Shown one piece after another: positions 1-7,676 of a stretch of 13,024 bases of DNA. Numbering within the stretch: the first letter of the stretch is position 1; every line of letters begins with the position of its first letter. The notes below the pieces were generated by a model. That model saw only the letters and a list, made by a program, of their open reading frames with translations. It was not told the origin of the DNA and did no database searches. The position numbers were made by a program, and so were the translations under genes. The DNA comes from Candidatus Phoenicimicrobium oleiphilum (GTDB lineage Bacteria > Atribacterota > Phoenicimicrobiia > Phoenicimicrobiales > Phoenicimicrobiaceae). The stretch spans positions 1 through 13,024 of the forward strand of contig JBDIWJ010000043.1 in assembly GCA_039638295.1 (NCBI GenBank), written 5' to 3'.

Positions 1-166
1 GCCTAGGGAGAATTATGAGTGGTATTTAGATTTAAGAAAATACGGTTCAGTTCCTCATTCTGGTTTCGGTTTAGGCATTGAAAGAACAGTTGCCTGGATA
101 TGTGGATTAAATCATGTTCGGGAAACTATTCCATTCCCCCGTATGTTGAATAAAATTTATCCGTAG
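1..166 (+). CDS. asnS: Asparagine--tRNA ligase, C-terminal fragment (5' truncated by window)
   Basis: Frame from nt 2 reads [54 protein letters not shown], stop TAG 164-166. [21 protein letters not shown] (class IIb motif 3) plus IPFPR is typical of AsnRS. Not in the ORF track. Confidence 0.9.
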   Translation, partial: PRENYEWYLDLRKYGSVPHSGFGLGIERTVAWICGLNHVRETIPFPRMLNKIYP

Positions 167-167
167 A

Positions 168-198
168 AACAGTATCGAGTATCGAGTATATAGTATTT
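168..198 (+). repeat. Heptamer tandem array (AGTATCG/AGTATAT type) directly after the asnS stop
   Basis: AAC-AGTATCG-AGTATCG-AGTATAT-AGTATTT. 168-195 is identical over 28 nt to 10748-10775. Confidence 0.9.
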
Positions 199-232
199 GT
201 TAGTTGGTTAACTGGTTTAGTAAAAAGAGTAA

Positions 233-257
233 AAGCCAGGAGTCAGAATTTAGAAGA
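233..257 (+). repeat. Orphan copy of the CAGRAKT-type heptamer arm found upstream of the four-helix-bundle gene
   Basis: AAGCCAGGAGTCAGAAT (233-249) is identical to 7659-7675, followed by T-TAGAAGA continuing the 7-nt period. Confidence 0.85.
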
Positions 258-310
258 CAAAAATCAAATTAATATATGATTGAAACCCAAAAAGTAGATC
301 AAATGGTAAG

Positions 311-388
311 GTAGGGGGCACGATGCATCGTGCCCACAGTGGAAATTAGGTAATAATATTAAGAGGGCACAATTCATTGTGCCCCTAC
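311..388. repeat. Inverted pair of GTAG-type REP-like palindromes (REPIN/BIME-like)
   Basis: GTAG-G-GGGCACGATG/CATCGTGCCC (311-335, perfect 20-bp palindrome at 316-335). On the minus strand, GTAG-GGGCACAAT-GA-ATTGTGCCC (365-388). Confidence 0.75.
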
Positions 389-556
389 AACGTAATTATA
401 ACCAAAAAGTTGTAATTTATTATAAAATTATCTACAAGATACTATCTATATAACGCGTTAAAAATATTTTTGGCTTTTTGGGAAATAACCATATATAGTA
501 AATTAAAATATGGAAACTATTAGCCAAAATTAAGAATAAAAATAAATTTTGGAATC

Positions 557-583
557 TTTACGCGATACTCAATACGTGATACG
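557..583 (-). repeat. Inverted heptamer array (complement of the AGTATCG type) just before the aspS RBS
   Basis: CGATACT-CAATACG-TGATACG (563-583) reads CGTATCA-CGTATTG-AGTATCG on the minus strand. Confidence 0.7.
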
Positions 584-609
584 AAACATAAAAGGAGTTA
601 GATAATAAA

Positions 610-2415
610 ATGAAAAATACTAAAGAAATTATAGAATCTATAAGCTCTTGGAAGAGAACTAATTCTTGTGGAGAGCTTCGTAAAAAAGATATAGGTAAAG
701 AAGTAGTTTTAATGGGATGGGTACAGAGCAGAAGGGATCATGGTGGTTTGATTTTCGTAGATTTAAGAGACTGCAATGGATTAACTCAAATTGTATTTGA
801 TCCAGAAGAGTCTACTGAAGCACATCAGAAGGTCCGTAAAATTAAAAACGAATATGTTATCGCTATAAAGGGCATAGTTGTACCACGTTTACCAGGCTCA
901 GAAAATCCTAATATGCCCACAGGGGATATCGAAGTGAGGGTTAAACAAATAAAAATATTAAATATTTCTGAAGCCTTACCTTTTAACATCGACGATAAAT
1001 TGGAAATAAGTGATAACCTAAGGTTAAAATACCGTTATTTAGATTTAAGAAGGCCTAAAATGCAAAGAAATATAAAACTACGCCATCAAATTTGTATGGA
1101 AATCAGGAATTATTTAAATAATAAAGGATTTTTAGATATAGAGACTCCATTTTTAACCAAAAGTACACCTGAGGGAGCAAGGGATTATATAGTTCCCAGT
1201 AGAGTTAATCCAGGTAAATTTTATGCTCTTCCGCAATCACCTCAGCTATTTAAACAATTATTAATGATAGCCGGATTTGAAAAATATTATCAGATAGTTC
1301 GATGTTTTCGCGACGAAGATTTAAGAGCTGACCGAGCACCCGAATTTACCCAACTGGATATGGAAATGTCATTCATTGATAGAGAAGAAGTATTCAGTTT
1401 GATTGAAGAGATGTTTGTTTATTTATTTAAAAAATTATTTGATGTTGAAATTGCGACTCCTTTTTTAAAAATGGATTACCAGGAAGCAATATCTAAATAT
1501 GGAACAGATAAGCCAGATTTGAGATTTGGAATGGAAATAATTGATCTCACCAAAGTATTTAATAAAAGCTCTTTTAAGGTATTTCAAGAAGTATTAAGTA
1601 ATCAAGGTAAAATATGTGCGATAAAAGTAGAAGAAGATAACCAATTTTCTCGAAAGAAGCTCGATGATTTACAATTGTTTATTTCTTCTTTTGGAGCAAA
1701 AGGCCTTTCTTTTATAAAATTTAAAGAAGGAAAAGATTTTCAATCTTCAATTGCTAAATTTCTTTCTTCAGAAGAGATTGAAAAAATAAGGCGTGAAACA
1801 AAAGCCCAACAAGGAAACATTATATTGATAATTGCTGATAAAAAAGAAATAGTCTATGAGACATTGGGAAATCTTAGATTAAAATTAGCCAATGATTTAA
1901 ATCTAATTAAAAAAGAGAAAGAAGAATATAATTTTCTTTGGGTTACAAATTTCCCCTTATTAATGTATAACCAAGAAGAAAAAAGGTTCGAAGCAGTTCA
2001 TCATCCTTTTACTGCTCCTCTTGATGAAGATATAAAACTATTAGATAGTGACCCTTTAAAAATTCGTTCCAAGGCGTATGATTTAGTGCTTAACGGTAAT
2101 GAAATTGGAGGAGGAAGCATTAGGATACATAATAATGATATTCAAAAAAAGGTTTTTAAGTTATTAGGAATAGATGATAAAAAAGCTGAGCAAAAGTTTG
2201 GGTTTTTACTACAAGCATTAAAATATGGAGCGCCGCCTCATGGGGGAATTGCCTTTGGTCTGGATAGATTGGCGATGATTTTAGCCGGAGCTCGTTCAAT
2301 AAGGGAAGTAATTGCTTTTCCCAAAACCCAAAAAGCTACCTGTCTTTTAACTGATGCACCGTCAGAAGTAGACTTAAAACAATTAAAAGAACTGCATATT
2401 AAATTAGATTTATAG
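610..2415 (+). CDS. aspS: Aspartate--tRNA ligase, probably non-discriminating Asp/Asn type
   Basis: 601 aa. N-terminal OB fold (GWVxxRRDHGGLIFVDLRD), STPEGARDY, LPQSPQLFKQLLM, FRDEDLRADR-PEFTQ, GGGSIRIH, GAPPHGGIAFGLDR. RBS AAGGAG at 592-597. Confidence 0.97.
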   Translation: MKNTKEIIESISSWKRTNSCGELRKKDIGKEVVLMGWVQSRRDHGGLIFVDLRDCNGLTQIVFDPEESTEAHQKVRKIKNEYVIAIKGIVVPRLPGSENPNMPTGDIEVRVKQIKILNISEALPFNIDDKLEISDNLRLKYRYLDLRRPKMQRNIKLRHQICMEIRNYLNNKGFLDIETPFLTKSTPEGARDYIVPSRVNPGKFYALPQSPQLFKQLLMIAGFEKYYQIVRCFRDEDLRADRAPEFTQLDMEMSFIDREEVFSLIEEMFVYLFKKLFDVEIATPFLKMDYQEAISKYGTDKPDLRFGMEIIDLTKVFNKSSFKVFQEVLSNQGKICAIKVEEDNQFSRKKLDDLQLFISSFGAKGLSFIKFKEGKDFQSSIAKFLSSEEIEKIRRETKAQQGNIILIIADKKEIVYETLGNLRLKLANDLNLIKKEKEEYNFLWVTNFPLLMYNQEEKRFEAVHHPFTAPLDEDIKLLDSDPLKIRSKAYDLVLNGNEIGGGSIRIHNNDIQKKVFKLLGIDDKKAEQKFGFLLQALKYGAPPHGGIAFGLDRLAMILAGARSIREVIAFPKTQKATCLLTDAPSEVDLKQLKELHIKLDL

Positions 2416-2493
2416 CAGTGAGCGCAGAAACCTCAAAAGATAGCGTAAAGCATGTAGCGCATAGAAAATTAGTATATAGTATCGAGTATATAG
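2413..2493 (+). repeat. Stacked heptamer arrays after the aspS stop (TAGCGYA type, then AGTATCG type)
   Basis: TAGCAGT-GAGCGCA (2413-2426); TAGCGTA-AAGCATG-TAGCGCA-TAG (2441-2464); AGTATAT-AGTATCG-AGTATAT (2471-2491). Confidence 0.75.
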
Positions 2494-2508
2494 ATACTGT
2501 TTTGGATA

Positions 2509-2537
2509 TTGAAAAATAAAGCAAGTTGTGATATTAT
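2509..2537 (+). promoter_or_regulatory. sigma70/sigmaA promoter of the 6S RNA gene
   Basis: TTGAAA (2509-2514), 17-nt spacer, TATTAT (2532-2537), with an extended -10 TG at 2529-2530. Confidence 0.75.
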
Positions 2538-2561
2538 GAAATCGAAAAGAAATAAACAATT

Positions 2562-2790
2562 ACCCTGCTGTGTTCGTGTTGACTAATTAAGTTTTGAGCC
2601 AACACTTATTAAAAAGGGATCGATCTCTAAATGTAGCATGTAAGCCTAAGGTACGCCACTCCTCTAATTGAGGTAAGGCAAATACCAAATGTTAACTGAT
2701 TTAGTTAACACGGAAACATAAAGCATTTAGGTAGATGCCCACCTGTTTGAGGACAGGTATCAAAACCTAAAGCACACGACATGGCGGGGT
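2562..2790 (+). ncRNA. ssrS: 6S RNA
   Basis: Closing stem CCCTGCTGTGTTCGTG pairs with CACGACATGGCGGGG. TTTTGAGCC faces GGTATCAAAA. ATCTCTAAATG pairs with CATTTAGGTAGAT, and the 3' bubble carries CCCACCTG...CAGGT. Position downstream of aspS and upstream of the 5-formyl-THF cyclo-ligase gene matches known ssrS contexts. Ends are approximate. Confidence 0.85.
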
Positions 2791-2814
2791 TTTATAATTT
2801 ATTTACTAATAACT

Positions 2815-2844
2815 TTGACAAAACTAATAAATATAATATATTAT
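2815..2844 (+). promoter_or_regulatory. Putative sigma70 promoter for the cyclo-ligase/rpsA unit
   Basis: Perfect TTGACA at 2815-2820, followed by TATATT (16-nt spacer) or TATTAT (18-nt spacer). The AT-rich context lowers specificity. Confidence 0.5.
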
Positions 2845-3137
2845 ATTAACATTAAAAATTACAATTTTTATATTTATTGTATGTCTAAGGTATCAGAATT
2901 TTAAAGAAATTAGATGTTATAAATTAAATTCATTTTGAATAAGGAATGGGTTTTAACAAGTTTGTCCAGAAAGATGTATTCTATAAAACCGAATAGGAAT
3001 AAAAAAATAATGAGGGGTTTCAAGGGAGTTTACTCCCCTGACAATCTTGTTTACTAAAAAATTATGAAACAAATAATTTGATATATTCAAGAATGAAATA
3101 ATTATAAATAGATATTAAGTAAAGTAGAAAATTAAGA

Positions 3138-3758
3138 ATGAATAAAGCAGAGATTAGGAATAATATTTTAAAAAAAAGACTTTCTCTCTCTCCAGAAGAA
3201 ATAAAGAATAAAAGCCATAAAATTTTTTTAAATTTAGTTAAAACTCCAGAATTTTTAAATTCCTCAGATATTATGTTTTATGTTTCTACAAAAAGTGAAG
3301 TTCAAACTGAAGAGATGATTAAGTCATCAATAATGATGGGAAAAAACATTTTTGTTCCCATTATTTTGTCAGATTCTATTAATTTAGTTCCTTCAAGATT
3401 AATTGATTTTGATAGAGAATTAGCAAAAGGCAAAAAAGGAATTTTTGAACCAAAAGAAGAATATCGCAGATTATTTCCAGCCAAAGATCTTGATTTAATA
3501 ATATTACCAGGGGTAGCTTTTGATACTGAGGGGAATAGAATTGGTAGGGGATTAGGATATTATGATAACTTTTTAAAAGGAGTTAACCCTTCTACAAATA
3601 CTATTGCCTTAGCTTTTGAAATACAAATAGTAGAAAAAATACCAACTAACGAAAAAGATGTTCCAGTTAATAAAATAATAACTGAAAAAAGAATAATTAA
3701 CAGTAGTGAGTATCGAGTATATTATGAACAACGAGATACAAAGCACAGGGGGAAGTAG
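3138..3758 (+). CDS. ygfA: 5-formyltetrahydrofolate cyclo-ligase (YgfA/Fau family)
   Basis: K..IR N-terminus, SEVQT, GIFEP, DLIILPGVAFDTEGNRIGRGLGYYD, D-PV--IITE. The last ~19 aa look like read-through into repeat DNA. Confidence 0.95.
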   Translation: MNKAEIRNNILKKRLSLSPEEIKNKSHKIFLNLVKTPEFLNSSDIMFYVSTKSEVQTEEMIKSSIMMGKNIFVPIILSDSINLVPSRLIDFDRELAKGKKGIFEPKEEYRRLFPAKDLDLIILPGVAFDTEGNRIGRGLGYYDNFLKGVNPSTNTIALAFEIQIVEKIPTNEKDVPVNKIITEKRIINSSEYRVYYEQRDTKHRGK

Positions 3759-3762
3759 TAAT

Positions 3763-5742
3763 ATGAAATTAAAAGAAAAAACACAGAAAGAAAATAAATC
3801 AACCGAAGAAATGTCAGAAATGCTCAACGAATCTTTAGAAAAATTCAAAAAAATAAAGAGGGGAGACATAATTAAAGGAAAAATAGTCAAAGTTAGTGAA
3901 GATGGCTATTTTCTTGATGTAAAATACAAAATGGAAGGATTTCTTCCTAAAAATGAGGAATCGCTTTTTTCTAAGGAAACCAAAACTATGACTAATGCCT
4001 TAGAAATTGATGACGAAATATATGTTTATGTAAATAATATAGACGAAAAAAATGGACATATTATTTTATCAAAAGAAAAGGCAAAGTATATTCAATTATG
4101 GGAAAAACTTAATGAGATATATAGAAAAAAAGATAAAATAAATGCAGAAGTTATTGAAAAAACCCCTAACGGTTTAGTAGTAAATTTAGGTATAAAAGGA
4201 TTTGTCCCTAAATCACAAATTGAACAAAGAATGGTAAAAGAAGAAGATTTAGATAAATATATAGGTAAAAAATTAGATTTTATTATTATCAAATTAGACA
4301 AAAAAAGCGAGAAAGTAATTCTATCTCATCGCTTAATTGTGGAAAAGGAACGTAAAATATTGCATAAAAAAACCCTGGCAAATTTAAAAGTAGGACAGGT
4401 AAAAGAAGGAATTGTTACCAATTTAACTAATTTTGGTGCTTTTATAGATATAGGCGGGGTAGAAGGATTACTACATATTTCCGAAATTACCTGGCGCAAT
4501 ATGAAAGATGCCACTAAATTACTAAAATTAGGTGACAAAATTAAGGTAAAAATTATTGATTTTGATAAAGAAAAAAACAAGATTTCCTTAAGTATTAAGC
4601 AAATTTCTCCAGATCCTTGGGAAAATGTTAAGGAAAGATATTCTGTTGGTGATGAAGTAGAAGGAAGAGTGATATCAATTAAAGATTTTGGGGCATTTAT
4701 TGAGATTGAGGAAGGGCTTAATGGCTTATTGCACATTTCAGAAATGGCCTGGGCTTATGTTAAAAGCCCTTCAGATTTAGTTAAGGAGGGAGAGTTATTA
4801 AAATTAAGGATTTTAGAGATTGAGCCAGAAAAAAGAAAAATTTCTTTAGGATTAAAGCAATTACTCCCTGATCCCTGGGAAGATATTGACAAAAAGTACC
4901 CAATTGGTTCAGTTGTTGAAGGGAAAATAACTCAGGTAACTTCCTATGGAGCTAATGTGGAATTAGAGGCAGGAGTTGCAGGAGTAATTCATCTTTCTGA
5001 AATTGATTGGAAATATATAGAAAGACCATCTATGGTTTTTAAAAAGTATATGGTGCTCCCATTAAAGGTAATAAAAATTGATAAAGATTCTCGTATAATA
5101 TTTTTAAGTAGAAAAAGAACTTTACCCAATCCCTGGGATAATATAAGTAATTTTTATCAGACTGGTAATATCGTAAAGGGTAAAATTACGAGAATAAAAG
5201 ATTTTGGGGCTTTTGTTGAATTGGAAAAAGGAATAGAAGGATTTGTACCAGTATCAGAAATTGATTGGGAAAAAACAAAGCACCCTAATGAAAAACTAAA
5301 AAAAGATAAAGAATATGAATTTAAAATAATAAATATAGATAAAGATAAATTACAAATAACTTTAAGCAAGAAAAGGTTATTACCAGATCCCTGGGAGGAA
5401 ATTAAAAAGAAATATCCTGTCGGAACTTTAGTAGAGGGTAAAGTGGTAAAACTTACTGATTTTGGAGCTTTTGTAAATATAGAAGATAATATCGATGGTT
5501 TAGTTCCTTTATCAGAAATATCTAATAAAAAAATAGATAATCCAGCAAGTGTTCTTTCAGTGGGGGAAGAAGTTTTAACTTTAGTAATTAAATTAGATGG
5601 AAGAAGAAAAAAAATTAGTTTAAGTATCAGAAAGGCTGAAAAAGAAGAACAAAAACGATTTATAAGTGAATATAACAAAAAACAGGGTACTGACAGGATA
5701 TTATTTAAGGATATATTTGGAGATATATTTAAAGAGAAATAG
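3763..5742 (+). CDS. rpsA: 30S ribosomal protein S1 (seven S1 domains)
   Basis: Repeated G.v.eG.V.....FGAFv....G..GL.HxSEI units with DPW/NPW linkers. Start placed at ATG 3763 after the AGGGGG RBS rather than at 3706, which overlaps the upstream gene. Confidence 0.93.
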   Translation: MKLKEKTQKENKSTEEMSEMLNESLEKFKKIKRGDIIKGKIVKVSEDGYFLDVKYKMEGFLPKNEESLFSKETKTMTNALEIDDEIYVYVNNIDEKNGHIILSKEKAKYIQLWEKLNEIYRKKDKINAEVIEKTPNGLVVNLGIKGFVPKSQIEQRMVKEEDLDKYIGKKLDFIIIKLDKKSEKVILSHRLIVEKERKILHKKTLANLKVGQVKEGIVTNLTNFGAFIDIGGVEGLLHISEITWRNMKDATKLLKLGDKIKVKIIDFDKEKNKISLSIKQISPDPWENVKERYSVGDEVEGRVISIKDFGAFIEIEEGLNGLLHISEMAWAYVKSPSDLVKEGELLKLRILEIEPEKRKISLGLKQLLPDPWEDIDKKYPIGSVVEGKITQVTSYGANVELEAGVAGVIHLSEIDWKYIERPSMVFKKYMVLPLKVIKIDKDSRIIFLSRKRTLPNPWDNISNFYQTGNIVKGKITRIKDFGAFVELEKGIEGFVPVSEIDWEKTKHPNEKLKKDKEYEFKIINIDKDKLQITLSKKRLLPDPWEEIKKKYPVGTLVEGKVVKLTDFGAFVNIEDNIDGLVPLSEISNKKIDNPASVLSVGEEVLTLVIKLDGRRKKISLSIRKAEKEEQKRFISEYNKKQGTDRILFKDIFGDIFKEK

Positions 5743-5751
5743 AATGGTTGT

Positions 5752-5782
5752 TAGCGTATAGCGTCCAGCATCCAGCGTTTAG
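5752..5782 (+). repeat. Heptamer tandem array (YAGCRTN type) after the rpsA stop
   Basis: TAGCGTA-TAGCGTC-CAGCATC-CAGCGTT-TAG, starting 9 nt after the stop. Same family as 2441-2464. Confidence 0.8.
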
Positions 5783-5912
5783 GATAATCAGTAGAACTAT
5801 AAATTTATAGTTAAACTTGTGTTCGCAAAAAGCGGGTAAACAAAAAACTATAGTTAAAAACTTAAAACTTTTTTGTATAAACTATTGATTTTAATTGATA
5901 TGGTGAATATAA

Positions 5913-7628
5913 ATGGAAATGCCAAAAAAAGGTTTTACCCATCAAAGAATTGGAGAAATATTATTAAACCAAGGTTTAATTACTTCTCAACAATTAGAAG
6001 AAGCCCTTAAAGCACAAAAAGAAGGTAATAAAAAAAAGCTGGGAGAAATCTTGGTGGATATGGGGGCGTTAAGTAGAGAAGAATTATATGAGGTTTTACA
6101 ATATGTTTATGAAACTGAATATGTGGATCTATCTAATTATGTAATAGATCCAGAGGTAATATCTCTTATTCCCGAAAAAACTGCTCTACAATTTACCTTG
6201 ATTCCTATAAGTAAAAATAAAGATGAGTTAGTTGTTGCTATGGCTAATCCTTTAGATGTTTACGCTATAGACTTTGTAAAAGATTACACCAAAGTTAAGA
6301 AGATTAAGTGTATGTTAGCTCCCGAAGAAGATATTGTGAATGCCATTAATAGTTATTATAAGTTAGGGGAATATGATGATATTATAGAAAAATTAGACAC
6401 TGAAGTAGTGTTTAAAGAAGAGGAAAAAGAGGAAGATTCTAAAAAATTAGAGGCAATAAGTAGAGAAGCCCCTATTATTCAACTAGTAAATATGTTAATT
6501 GTCCAGGGAGTAAAAGATAGGGCAAGTGATATTCATATTGAACCAAACGAAAGGGGTTTATTAATTCGATTTCGTATTGATGGAATGTTACATGATATCA
6601 GAACTTTACCCAACAAGATAAAATCAGCCGTCACTTCTCGAGTGAAAATATTGGCAAAAATGGATATTGCTGAAAGGCGTATTCCTCAGGATGGACGTTT
6701 TCAAGTACAATTCGGAACAAGAGAAGTTGATTTAAGAGTTTCTACAATTCCTACAGTATTCGGAGAAAAAACTGTTTTAAGATTATTAGATAAGAGTAAA
6801 GGTTTAATTAAATTAGAACATCTCGGTTTCTTGCCTAAACAATTAACTCAGTTTAAATCAATGATTTCTAAATCTTATGGAATAATATTACTTACAGGAC
6901 CTACCGGTAGTGGTAAAACTACTACTTTATATGCCGCATTAAATAAGGTAAATTCTAAAGATAAAAATATTATTACCGTCGAAGACCCTGTAGAATATAG
7001 ACTTGATAGAATAAATCAAATTCAAATTATACCCAAAATAAATTTGACTTTTGCTAATGCACTACGCTCAATATTACGACAGGATCCGGATATAATAATG
7101 GTTGGTGAAATACGAGATATCGAAACTGCAGAAATTGCCGTTCAAGCCGCTTTAACTGGACACTTAGTTTTAAGCACTTTGCATACTAATGATGCAGCAA
7201 GTGCATTAACTCGTTTGATTGATATGCAAGTCGAACCTTTTTTAATTTCCTCTTCGGTTATTGGAGTAATAGCTCAAAGATTAGTAAGAGTGATTTGTGA
7301 AAAATGTAAAGAGGAGTATATACCCAGTGAAGAAGTATTGAGCGAGCTTAATATTAAGAATAATTTAAAGAATAATAGTAAAATTAAATTATATAGAGGA
7401 AAAGGGTGCTCTTTTTGTAAAAATACAGGATATTATGGAAGAACCTCTATATATGAACTTATTGAATTAGATGAGGAGATTAGATCTCTTATTGTTTCTA
7501 AAGCTTCTAGTGATGTAATTAAAGAGGTTGCTATTAAAAAGGGTATGATGACTCTAAAGAATAGTGGATTAGAAAAAGCAATGCAGGGAATTACTACTAT
7601 AGAGGAAGTTCTAAGAGTCGCAGGATAA
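5913..7628 (+). CDS. pilB: Type IV pilus / type II secretion assembly ATPase (PilB/GspE family) with N-terminal MshEN domain
   Basis: ASDIHIEP, RRIPQDGR, Walker A GPTGSGKTT, TVEDPVE, LRQDPDIIMVGEIRD, TGHLVLSTLHTND, Zn cysteines CEKC...CSFC. N-terminal RIGEILLNQGLITSQQLEEALKAQ. Confidence 0.92.
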   Translation: MEMPKKGFTHQRIGEILLNQGLITSQQLEEALKAQKEGNKKKLGEILVDMGALSREELYEVLQYVYETEYVDLSNYVIDPEVISLIPEKTALQFTLIPISKNKDELVVAMANPLDVYAIDFVKDYTKVKKIKCMLAPEEDIVNAINSYYKLGEYDDIIEKLDTEVVFKEEEKEEDSKKLEAISREAPIIQLVNMLIVQGVKDRASDIHIEPNERGLLIRFRIDGMLHDIRTLPNKIKSAVTSRVKILAKMDIAERRIPQDGRFQVQFGTREVDLRVSTIPTVFGEKTVLRLLDKSKGLIKLEHLGFLPKQLTQFKSMISKSYGIILLTGPTGSGKTTTLYAALNKVNSKDKNIITVEDPVEYRLDRINQIQIIPKINLTFANALRSILRQDPDIIMVGEIRDIETAEIAVQAALTGHLVLSTLHTNDAASALTRLIDMQVEPFLISSSVIGVIAQRLVRVICEKCKEEYIPSEEVLSELNIKNNLKNNSKIKLYRGKGCSFCKNTGYYGRTSIYELIELDEEIRSLIVSKASSDVIKEVAIKKGMMTLKNSGLEKAMQGITTIEEVLRVAG

Positions 7629-7641
7629 ATAGGTAGACAAG

Positions 7642-7676
7642 TAGAATACAGAATTCAGAAGCCAGGAGTCAGAATG
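7642..7676 (+). repeat. Left heptamer arm of the four-helix-bundle cassette
   Basis: TAGAATA-CAGAATT-CAGAAGC-CAGGAGT-CAGAATG. Contains the AGGAG RBS (7664-7668) and the ATG (7674-7676). Confidence 0.9.

Noticed and set aside
167..609. T-box leader upstream of aspS (also checked before alaS)
   Set aside because: No AGGGTGGNACCGCG-type T-box or terminator/antiterminator was found, and the alaS leader is too short.
3706..3762. Longer N-termini given by the ORF track for rpsA (3706), alaS (8080) and udk (12267)
   Set aside because: The rpsA and udk extensions translate repeat or palindrome DNA, and the alaS ATG at 8080 is only 2 nt from its RBS. Downstream ATGs have better-spaced RBSs.
5805..5870. 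c-di-GMP-I riboswitch upstream of pilB
   Set aside because: Only superficial resemblance; it lacks the GGCAAAC...GAAA...GGNCGCAAA core and a P3 stem.
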